Part shown: positions 19,264-27,214 of the stretch, piece by piece | Numbering within the stretch: position 1 is the first letter of the stretch | Layout: every line of letters starts with the position of its first letter | Assembly: GCA_049969675.1 (NCBI GenBank) | Contig: JBMFOP010000024.1 | Coordinates: 1 to 33,403, forward strand | DNA from: Myxococcota bacterium | Lineage (GTDB): Bacteria; Myxococcota; SpSt-1050 | Length of the DNA: 33,403 bases | Reading direction: 5' to 3' | Position numbers and translations under genes: made by a program | The notes under the pieces: model-generated | Told to the model about the DNA's origin: nothing | The model's input: the letters and a program-made list of their open reading frames with translations, nothing else | The model's database searches: none

Positions 19264-19291
19264 TTGATTTTATACGATTTATTATTATAAT
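19264..19291 (+). promoter_or_regulatory. Internal sigma70-like promoter upstream of the MinD-like gene
   Basis: TTGATT 19264-19269, N16, TATAAT 19286-19291. The ATG is only 11 nt further on and has no clear SD. Confidence 0.5.
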
Positions 19292-19302
19292 ATTAAAACG
19301 AG

Positions 19303-20217
19303 ATGGATGATAGGAAGAGACATATATTCGCATTTGGTGGCGGAAAGGGGGGAATAGGGAAATCCTTTCTATCTGCAAACATAGCAGCAGCAATTAGCAA
19401 ATACGGATTTAATGTTGGGTTGATAGATTTAGACCTCGGGGGAGCAAATCAACACACCCTGTTCGGAATTGATAAACCCATAAGAACTATTGACGACTTT
19501 ATAGAACATCGGATTAAGAACTTTAGTGAGGTACTTATCCCGATTCCAGGGTATAAGATCAGCCTCGCCGCAGGGATACAGAATGACCTTAAGGCAACCA
19601 ACTTCAATGCAGGACAGAAGTCCAGATTATTCTCAGCCATAAAATCAGTAGATTTTGACTACACAATCATAGATATTGGTGCAGGGATGTCTATCAGCAC
19701 CCTTGATACATTCAACATTGCACCTAATGGAGTTCTCATCACATATCCCGAACCTACAGCCCTTGAGAATTGTTATAAATTTCTAAAGAGTTCATTCTTA
19801 CGAGAACTACGCTCAAAGGTCAGGGAGAAGAAACTAAAAGAGCTGGTTGATAACATTTACGATGGAAAGATACTCATTCCAACAGGTATGAAGATTATTG
19901 ATTACTTCAAAACAGTATATACAGAATTGAGCGATATTGCGATATCAATAATGAATAAACATCACTACTTCTTTATTCTCAACAATGCCTCAGAGGGAGA
20001 TATGGAGTTGATGGAGCATATCCCATTTGCAATTAAGAGATTTTATGGTTTCAATATCCTGCCATTGGGCGTGCTTATGAATGACGAGAAGATTAGAGAA
20101 TCAATAAGGATAATGAAACCATTTATTGAACTCTTCCCTGAATCAGAAACGACTGCAAGGATTAATAAGATTGCTTCAAATATTATCAACATTTCACAAA
20201 GTTTATGCTATGACTGA
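19303..20217 (+). CDS. MinD/FleN(FlhG)-like P-loop ATPase
   Basis: Deviant Walker A GGKGGIGKS, IDLDLGGAN, IIDIGAG and PEPTALEN. Confidence 0.9.
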   Translation: MDDRKRHIFAFGGGKGGIGKSFLSANIAAAISKYGFNVGLIDLDLGGANQHTLFGIDKPIRTIDDFIEHRIKNFSEVLIPIPGYKISLAAGIQNDLKATNFNAGQKSRLFSAIKSVDFDYTIIDIGAGMSISTLDTFNIAPNGVLITYPEPTALENCYKFLKSSFLRELRSKVREKKLKELVDNIYDGKILIPTGMKIIDYFKTVYTELSDIAISIMNKHHYFFILNNASEGDMELMEHIPFAIKRFYGFNILPLGVLMNDEKIRESIRIMKPFIELFPESETTARINKIASNIINISQSLCYD

Positions 20218-21190
20218 GACTATGAAAGACTACTACAGAATACTGGATATCCCATTTAATGCAGACCAGATAGAGGTTGAGAAGGCATATAGACGATTAA
20301 AATCTCTCATAACCAAAAATTCCATATCCCTATACTCAATACTCCCAACTTCGGAAAAAGAATTATTTTTAAATGATGTTGAGGAGGCATATCAGATATT
20401 ATCCGACCCATATAAGAGAGAAAATTACAACTCAACATTAAAAGGCGATGTAGAATCAGCGACTCAAAATAGGGATTCAGATATGATTAAACAGCTCTCT
20501 TTTGGTTTTGCTCGTGAGGCATTTACATTTCTGGACTACACCAGAAAATCAGAGGAACTATATAATGAAGCGATAGGTAGAATCAGGAATGACTATCTCA
20601 CTTATTCCGAGGGGTTATCTATAAAAATAGTTGAGGAGAATTCAGAAGTAGCAGGTACAGTGGGGAATGCGATTGAGAAATCCCAATTGGAGGACAAATC
20701 AGAAAATCAATCTCCAATTATCCCGGTTGAGTCCCATGTTAAGAAGGAGATTGAAGATAGATTGGAGAGCAAAGAGATATCACAGACCATAGACAAAGAA
20801 ACTGACATCAGAGAAGATACAATACTAAATCCTCGTGATATAGCCCCGACATCAAATGCCTCTCCTCAAACAAACATTGAGACCAAACCCATAGGAGTTG
20901 AAGAAAAGACTCCAATAGTCGTAGATGAGAATTCGGAGTTCTCTGGCAACTTCTTAAGGCAGATTAGAGAATCAATGGGAATATCTATTAAAGACATTGC
21001 TCAGACCACAAAGATATCTATCTCCAACATCAGATATTTAGAGGAGGAGAATTATGAAAATCTCCCTGCACCGGTCTATATAAAAGGATATCTATCACAG
21101 ATCGCAAAGTGTCTGAATCTCAGAGCAGATATAGTGATTAGAAGCTATATTGCAAGAATGAATAACAGAAGGGAGAAGAAAGATAAATGA
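20210..21190 (+). CDS. J-like domain (no HPD) + acidic linker + RodZ/XRE-like HTH protein
   Basis: DYYRILDI...VEKAYRRL...EAYQILSDPYKRENY, and C-terminal GNFLRQIRESMGISIKDIAQTTKI...LEEENYENLPAPVYIKGYL. Start moved to 20210, overlapping the ATPase stop. Confidence 0.88.
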   Translation: MTETMKDYYRILDIPFNADQIEVEKAYRRLKSLITKNSISLYSILPTSEKELFLNDVEEAYQILSDPYKRENYNSTLKGDVESATQNRDSDMIKQLSFGFAREAFTFLDYTRKSEELYNEAIGRIRNDYLTYSEGLSIKIVEENSEVAGTVGNAIEKSQLEDKSENQSPIIPVESHVKKEIEDRLESKEISQTIDKETDIREDTILNPRDIAPTSNASPQTNIETKPIGVEEKTPIVVDENSEFSGNFLRQIRESMGISIKDIAQTTKISISNIRYLEEENYENLPAPVYIKGYLSQIAKCLNLRADIVIRSYIARMNNRREKKDK

Positions 21191-21396
21191 AGAAAGAACC
21201 AAAAATAGAATCAATAGAACTGGAATATAAGGTCGTAGAGACCTCCGATGTAACAGATACTACCATTGAGGAGATAATAAATAAATTTGTTTGTGATGGC
21301 TGGAATTTTGAAAATATCCAGTTTGCAATGCGTGAATCTTCAAAGAGACCGGCTATGGCATTTATCCTCTTTACCAGAAGGAGAAGACAGCATTGA
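21187..21396 (+). CDS. DUF4177-like small protein
   Basis: EYKVVE...IEEIINKFVCDGWNF pattern; ATGA overlap with the upstream gene and an overlap with the downstream gene. Confidence 0.75.
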   Translation: MKKEPKIESIELEYKVVETSDVTDTTIEEIINKFVCDGWNFENIQFAMRESSKRPAMAFILFTRRRRQH

Positions 21397-22499
21397 TGAA
21401 ACAATTTAAGAAAGAGACTGAATACTGTACTACCTGCCCCAAGCTCTGTCGTTTTGCCTGCCCTGTTGCAAATTCGGAATATAAAGAATCTGTAACTCCC
21501 TGGGGGAAGGTAAGTATGCTATATTACCTGAATCAGAACTTTCTCCCCCACACCTCAGAGAATTACGACCTGCTCTATCATTGCACCGGCTGTCTTGCCT
21601 GCAGGGAATTCTGTGCACATCAGATATCAGTACAGGACCTGCTTATTAAAGGTAGAACCCAGGCATATGGAAATTCCCGACACAATAAAAGACTGGATAC
21701 GGGACTTAAGAATATTAAGAGATATGGGGCGATCTATTCAGAGGCATTAAATGACAGATTGAGATCTGAATTTGATTCAGTCTACTTCTCCTCCTCTTTA
21801 AAGGTAAAGCTCTTTGTCGGATGCGTATATACAAAGAAGCAGATTGAGACAGTAAAAAAGACAATATTTATTCTGGAACGATTGGGGATAGACTATGTTG
21901 GTATCTATTCAGAGAAGGAGATATGTTGTGGATATCCGCTCTATGCATCCGGATTTGAGCAGGAGTTTTCCAATTATATCTCAAAAGTAAGGCATAACCT
22001 TTCCGGTCAAAAGAAGATTGTTGTGCTCTGCCCTGCCTGTACCTATGCCCTCAAATCCCTCTATCAACAATACGATAATGGAATCAGGGCAGAGATTCTG
22101 ACATTCTCAGAATTTATACTGCCATATATCAGGACGGCTTCAAAGAATAGAAAGAAGATTACCGAGCACTATTCATATCACGACCCCTGTTTTATGAGCA
22201 GATACTTAAATCAGACTGAGGAACCAAGAGAGATTATTACAAAGACTGGTGCAATACTTTCTGAATTTCTCTGGAATAAAAAAAACTCTATTTGCTGTGG
22301 TGGTGGCTCAATGTTTCCATCCACAAATAGAGATATTTCAATTGAGATTGCAAAGAGACGAATTGATGAGTTCTCATCTACGGGTGCAAAGGCTATTGTA
22401 ACCTCCTGCCCAACCTGTATAGATATGTTCAGAAAGGCTGATGCAAATATTGAGATTAAAGACCTGATTGATGTTATTTATGACTTTCTAAACAACTAA
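21393..22499 (+). CDS. Fe-S protein (GlpC/HdrD-like, two CCG domains)
   Basis: CTTCPKLCRFACP and CTGCLACREFC ferredoxin-like motifs; GC, CCG, CPAC, YHDPC, CCGGG and SCPTC. Confidence 0.92.
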   Translation: MMKQFKKETEYCTTCPKLCRFACPVANSEYKESVTPWGKVSMLYYLNQNFLPHTSENYDLLYHCTGCLACREFCAHQISVQDLLIKGRTQAYGNSRHNKRLDTGLKNIKRYGAIYSEALNDRLRSEFDSVYFSSSLKVKLFVGCVYTKKQIETVKKTIFILERLGIDYVGIYSEKEICCGYPLYASGFEQEFSNYISKVRHNLSGQKKIVVLCPACTYALKSLYQQYDNGIRAEILTFSEFILPYIRTASKNRKKITEHYSYHDPCFMSRYLNQTEEPREIITKTGAILSEFLWNKKNSICCGGGSMFPSTNRDISIEIAKRRIDEFSSTGAKAIVTSCPTCIDMFRKADANIEIKDLIDVIYDFLNN

Positions 22500-22500
22500 A

Positions 22501-23418
22501 ATGAGATACTTCTTCGTAGTAAATCCAAATTCCAGAAATCGTCAGACAGCGAGACTCTGGCCCCTGATTGAAAAGAGTCTTAAAGAGACAGAGATAGAAT
22601 TTGAATTTAGATTTACAAAGGCTCCGCTTGATGCGATAGAGATTGCACAGAATGCCGCTCTATCAAATTTTGACATCATAGTCTCTGTGGGAGGAGATGG
22701 AACAAACAATGAAGTCCTGAACGGAATTATGAGGTCAAACCTCAACCTGGAGAAGATGCCTGCACTCGGATTTATACCTCAGGGGACTGGTGGAGATTTC
22801 AGAAGGACATTAAATCTTAGTTCAGATATCACTGAGGCAATAAAAATATTAAAAGCAGGAAAGAGAAGAAGGATAGACATCGGAAAGATTGACTTTATAT
22901 CTAATACCTCTGAAAGAATAGAGAGATACTTCTTAAACATCTGTAGTTTTGGCATCTCGGGTCTGGTAGATTACTATGTAAATCACACTACCAAGTTCTT
23001 TGGAGGAAAGGCCTCCTTTATGCTCGGGACATTAAGAGGAATATTCAATTACACAAATATACCTGCAAATATCGTGGTTGACGGAAAGTCACTCGGCGAG
23101 ATGAATATCACCCTTGTTGCGGTCGCAAATGGTAAATATTTCGGCGGCTCAATGATGGTCGCACCAGAGGCAGAACCGGATGATGGACTCTTTGATATAA
23201 TTGTAATGAAGGATATCTCCCGATTGAGATTTATAAGAGATGGACAGAAGATATACAAAGGGAGACATATAGTCCCACCAGATGTATTCGCCCTGAGAGG
23301 GAGAGAGGTGGTAGTGGAGAAGGAAGGAATTTATATAGACCTTGATGGCGAAGATGTGGGGAAGACACCCGCCCGATTCAATATCATCCCTAATGCATTA
23401 GATGTAATTGTCCCTTAA
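22501..23418 (+). CDS. Diacylglycerol/lipid kinase family protein (YegS/BmrU-like)
   Basis: VVNPNS, VGGDGTNNEVLNG, IPQGTGGDF, NGKYFGGSM, DDGLFD and DGE. Confidence 0.93.
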   Translation: MRYFFVVNPNSRNRQTARLWPLIEKSLKETEIEFEFRFTKAPLDAIEIAQNAALSNFDIIVSVGGDGTNNEVLNGIMRSNLNLEKMPALGFIPQGTGGDFRRTLNLSSDITEAIKILKAGKRRRIDIGKIDFISNTSERIERYFLNICSFGISGLVDYYVNHTTKFFGGKASFMLGTLRGIFNYTNIPANIVVDGKSLGEMNITLVAVANGKYFGGSMMVAPEAEPDDGLFDIIVMKDISRLRFIRDGQKIYKGRHIVPPDVFALRGREVVVEKEGIYIDLDGEDVGKTPARFNIIPNALDVIVP

Positions 23419-23429
23419 ATAAAATTTCT

Positions 23430-24929
23430 CTACTCTATCCTTATAGCATTTGAATAGATCCAGACAAATTCCTTGATATAATCGGATGCATATCTCTTAC
23501 AGAGATATTTCAGGTGCATCGGAGTTAAAAGAATCTGAACTGCATATACCCCTTTATCTATTCCATTAGAAATTTCAATTGTAGATCTCTCAGACCGTAA
23601 GACCGGCGACAGGATTTCAATCTCACCCTTATCTTTTATCTTAAATAGCCTTGCCTTTATATACTTATCGGCATTTTCTATCCCAACAATTGTGGGGAGA
23701 TTTATTACAAATTTTTTAAAATCTTCAAGTTTTATTGTGGAGCCAGAATTTGCTATGCCATCTTTTGTCTCGGCGTAATAATCAAACCCGGTGGGTGTCC
23801 CCAACCCCTCTGCCACAACATACAATCTCCCCTCCCTTATTGCAGCCTTAAATTCAGAGGGCTTAAAATCCTTTACAAGAAGGAAGTTGCTGAACCATCT
23901 CATAAACCTCCTGTAAGAGTCCAGTCTTTCTCCATCTCCTGCAATCTTTGGAACTGCGTTGCGATGAATATCTGTTCCAATGATAGGAGAGACATCCCTC
24001 TTCTCCACTGTTACATACCACTTCACCAGCTGCTCTCTCAACACAGAATAGAATCCCAGAAAAGCAAGGTCGGGATGTGGCATCTTCTCCGGGGTATTCA
24101 CATAATCTATAAGAGTGGTAATCCCGGTACCCGTCAGAATGCTCACATGAAAGTTGTAGATTTCAATACAGTCTATATCACTCTCTATCAAGAAACGGTC
24201 ATCTCTCTGCTCACTATGGTTCTGACACACTATGGCACCGTGCTCCTTAAATGCCTTTATTGCAGAGGCATCATTTGAATCGTATATTGATTTTCTTGCA
24301 TTTGCATCTCCCTCAACATGAGAAGTAAGACCTATAGGCATTATCTCATTTTCAGTCCCTACCATTAAGATTGTCTTATTACCATTCTTACAGGTAATCT
24401 CACTCCCGGTATGTATTCCATTCTCTTCAATCCACTTATCACCATCTCTCTGAATATAGAGAGTATCAAAATTATCGGGGTGGGCAAATGTGCTTGAATG
24501 GTCAGTTAAGAAGAATGCATCTATTGCATCAGCACAGAGCGCTTCCCTCAGGTCGTCCACACATTGTTCATTTGGTACACAATCAGAATCAGTCCACCAA
24601 TTATCATTACACTCCCTGTTCTGGTCATTAGGGTCAAACCATGGCTTATTATCACAGGCATCATGGGAATATATTGAGTGGGCGTGAATAATGGCTCTTG
24701 CCACCTTATATCCTCTGGTCTCAGCGATATTGCTACTGGGCACAAGATTGGGATTCCATTCAGTTAGCATAGTGATACCAGTGTCAGATGACCCCGTATC
24801 CATTGATGCATCAAAAGGGGCACCTGTATCAGATACATCACTCACATCATTGCCTTTTTCATCGTTACTGGATGAACAGCCATATATTAGTGCAAGGCAA
24901 AGTAAAGACAAAACCAACAATTTCCTCAT
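23430..24929 (-). CDS. Lipoprotein with PHP-like metallohydrolase domain
   Basis: Lipobox IYG-C; HAHSIYSHD, LTDH, GTE, NH, IEIYN and GTDIH metal-ligand pattern of PHP folds. Confidence 0.8.
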   Translation of the reverse strand: MRKLLVLSLLCLALIYGCSSSNDEKGNDVSDVSDTGAPFDASMDTGSSDTGITMLTEWNPNLVPSSNIAETRGYKVARAIIHAHSIYSHDACDNKPWFDPNDQNRECNDNWWTDSDCVPNEQCVDDLREALCADAIDAFFLTDHSSTFAHPDNFDTLYIQRDGDKWIEENGIHTGSEITCKNGNKTILMVGTENEIMPIGLTSHVEGDANARKSIYDSNDASAIKAFKEHGAIVCQNHSEQRDDRFLIESDIDCIEIYNFHVSILTGTGITTLIDYVNTPEKMPHPDLAFLGFYSVLREQLVKWYVTVEKRDVSPIIGTDIHRNAVPKIAGDGERLDSYRRFMRWFSNFLLVKDFKPSEFKAAIREGRLYVVAEGLGTPTGFDYYAETKDGIANSGSTIKLEDFKKFVINLPTIVGIENADKYIKARLFKIKDKGEIEILSPVLRSERSTIEISNGIDKGVYAVQILLTPMHLKYLCKRYASDYIKEFVWIYSNAIRIE

Positions 24930-25354
24930 AGTACTCTCCTTAAAAAATAATCTTTCTTAATAAAATTCTTATCCTCTCTTCCACCTTATTTCACCAACTA
25001 TATAAATAAGGCATGTTGAAAAAATTGGAATATTTATTATAGGACAATTACAAGATTTTCTCACACCATAATCCTCTAATTTCATTTCAGAAATGAAAAA
25101 ATCCTAACTGCCAGAAAGATTATCTTCAAAAAAATATCCCCCTATATAATTTGCCATCATACACCCCCTAATTTATGACTGTCAATCTCTTTTTTAGATA
25201 CACCTCTGTTGATTCAAAGCAAACTGGAAAGGACTAAGTAAGTTTTCCTTAATATGATTTTATGCCTTTTATCAAATCAATCCAAAATAATTTTTTTTTG
25301 ATATGGGAGCCTCGGTAGGGTAGAATTTTTTTCAAACAAAGACCCTATATATGA

Positions 25355-25393
25355 ACACCCCGTCATCTCTGATACCCCTCTACAAGAGGGGAA
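25355..25393 (+). repeat. REP-like double-hairpin element
   Basis: ACACCCC-GTCA-TCTC-TGAT-A-CCCCTCT-ACA-AGAGGGG-AA. The 7-bp perfect stem is GC-rich against AT-rich flanks. Confidence 0.5.
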
Positions 25394-25415
25394 AGTAGTA
25401 TCTCCGGACAAATCT

Positions 25416-25880
25416 ATGATTGGCGTAAGCAAATTCTATAGAATTATTATTTTAATAAGGCGGTAGAGGAGACGAAGGTTGACAAATGAGCAAATAGATT
25501 TATTCGTTGTGAGCAATTTGTAGCGATATTATCTTGCCAATCAGGGCTGGCTCATTCATTGAGAGGATCTTCTCTATCAATTAAGGCGAATAGAGGTATG
25601 GGATGAGACAAAGGGGGGTAATATTGCCTCTTACAAATCATCTTGAATTTGGAGCAACGACATTGGTGAGGATATATAAAGACTGATGGTAGATAGAGGT
25701 ATTTTTTAAGATAATAAAGCAGAATCTGAGGATAAAGACATTAGTGGATACAACGGCAAATGTGGTAATGACGCAGATCTGGAAAGAATTAATGCAGGTA
25801 CTATTTTTGAAGTATCTGAGGTTTCTTTCTACAATTGGGTAATCTTGTAGCAATACTTATGTATAATCTCTTTACTTCGT
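25416..25880 (+). pseudogene. IS4-family transposase remnant, internally deleted, with stops and frameshifts
   Basis: 25451-25567 translates FNKAVEETKVDK*ANRFIRCEQFVAILSCQSGLAHSLRG (DUF4372-like N-terminus). From 25581: LRRIEVWDE, then VILPLTNHLEFGATTLVRIYKD*W*IEVFFKIIKQNLRIKTLVDTTANVVMTQIW, which carries the IS4 Y-x2-R-x3-E-x6-K signature. Confidence 0.88.
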
Positions 25881-25980
25881 TAGAAAGAGGAATGACACCA
25901 TCAGGGCGCGGTAAAATATGATAATGAGGAGAGTGTTTAAGACAATAGTGCTGTGCTACTGAAAAAATATTGCATTATAG

Positions 25981-26109
25981 AAAGTAGAAAATTTCCATAG
26001 GCAGAAAGTCAAGAAGAATTTGGATATATGAATAGACATTCAGAACATTGAAGATGTGGGAAAGGTCATTAATTACTATAATGAATACAGAGCAAATCAG
26101 TTAAAATGA
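25981..26109 (+). pseudogene. Integrase-core (IS481/IS3-like) transposase C-terminal remnant
   Basis: KVENFHR...(QEEF in a shifted frame)...IQNIEDVGKVINYYNEYRANQ resembles the GKVERFHR..EEF..YYNxxRPH end of rve domains. The segment is short and degenerate. Confidence 0.45.
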
Positions 26110-26264
26110 ACATATAATGAAAGCCCTTATCGGATTAATTATAACATTTACTATGAGACAAAACAGTTGCCGAGATCTCTAACCGGGGTTTATTATAAAA
26201 AAATTTATGGGAATGGACAAATAAAACCTATGAGACCCCACCAATTGTGCCAGAGGTAGCAATT

Positions 26265-26291
26265 GTAGGGGCTAATGATTATTACCCTTAC
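26265..26291 (+). repeat. GTAG-type REP-like hairpin
   Basis: GTAGGGG-C-TAAT-GATT-ATTA-CCCTTAC, an imperfect palindrome beginning with GTAG. Confidence 0.55.
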
Positions 26292-26299
26292 TAAAAGAT

Positions 26300-26435
26300 A
26301 TTTAAAGTTGTACAGCATTTTAATTGGTAGTGTATTAAAAAAAGCGGATGACCTGATCTGGAAAATATAGATTTACCTGTCTAAAATCCTTATTTTGAAA
26401 ATAATTAACCTCTCAAAGCAGATTATTCTGGGCAG
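26300..26435 (-). repeat. Dispersed repeat, inverted copy of 33150-33282
   Basis: The reverse complement of 26347-26435 aligns without gaps to 33150-33238 at 69/89; 26300-26324 matches 33258-33282 at 19/25. Confidence 0.9.
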
Positions 26436-26533
26436 CAGTGTAAACTAATAATCTTTTGAGGTATTTCATTGGAAGGGTTTCATTTGAATTTATTTCTTGA
26501 TAAATTAGTTTTTGTAGTCTAAATAATCGGACT

Positions 26534-27214
26534 ATGTTATTGTCTATATTAATTCCAGTTTATAATGAGGTAAACACGGCGAAATCGCTGATTGAGAAGG
26601 TGCTGTCAGTGAAATTTGATGCAGATGTTGAACTAATTGTTGTAAATGATGCATCTACTGACGGGACGGAGGAGATACTAAATGGTATTTCAGATGGGAG
26701 AGTTAAGATTATTCATCATCCAGAAAATAGAGGGAAGGGGGCAGCGATAAAAACCGCAATTAATAATGCAAAGGGTGATTACATAGTAATTCAGGATGCA
26801 GACCTTGAATATAATCCAGAAGATATCAATCTGCTCCTAAAAAAGGCTTATGAGGGATATGAAGCAATCTTCGGTTCAAGATTCTACAATGGAAGACCGG
26901 AAGACGAGAATATCCTCCACTATATGGGGAATAGATTCCTTACCACTATCTCCAATATCTTCTCTGGACTCAGACTCACCGATATGGAGACCTGTTATAA
27001 GATGATAAAAAGGAGTCTATTTGAACTTATCACATTAGAAGAGGACAGATTCGGAATAGAACCAGAACTTACTGCAAAACTCGCCAGAGCAAAGGTTAAA
27101 ATATGTGAGGTGCCAATTGGCTATAAATCAAGGGGATTCTCAGAGGGGAAGAAGATAGGTATCAAAGATGCATTCAGGACCATCTATTGCATAATTAAAT
27201 ATAATCTATTCTAA
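26534..27214 (+). CDS. GT2 glycosyltransferase (DPM1-like polyprenyl-phosphate glycosyltransferase)
   Basis: LSILIPVYNE, VNDASTDGT, NRGKGAA, IQDADLEYNP, GSRF, LTDMETCYK, FGIEPE and EGKKI. Confidence 0.95.
   Translation: MLLSILIPVYNEVNTAKSLIEKVLSVKFDADVELIVVNDASTDGTEEILNGISDGRVKIIHHPENRGKGAAIKTAINNAKGDYIVIQDADLEYNPEDINLLLKKAYEGYEAIFGSRFYNGRPEDENILHYMGNRFLTTISNIFSGLRLTDMETCYKMIKRSLFELITLEEDRFGIEPELTAKLARAKVKICEVPIGYKSRGFSEGKKIGIKDAFRTIYCIIKYNLF

Noticed and set aside
25104..25160. 18-codon minus-strand ORF MMANYIGGYFFEDNLSGS with a G-rich RBS-like sequence
   Set aside because: Too short to support without conservation or ribosome profiling data.
25638..25853. 71-aa minus-strand ORF
   Set aside because: Antisense to the IS4 transposase relic on the + strand.
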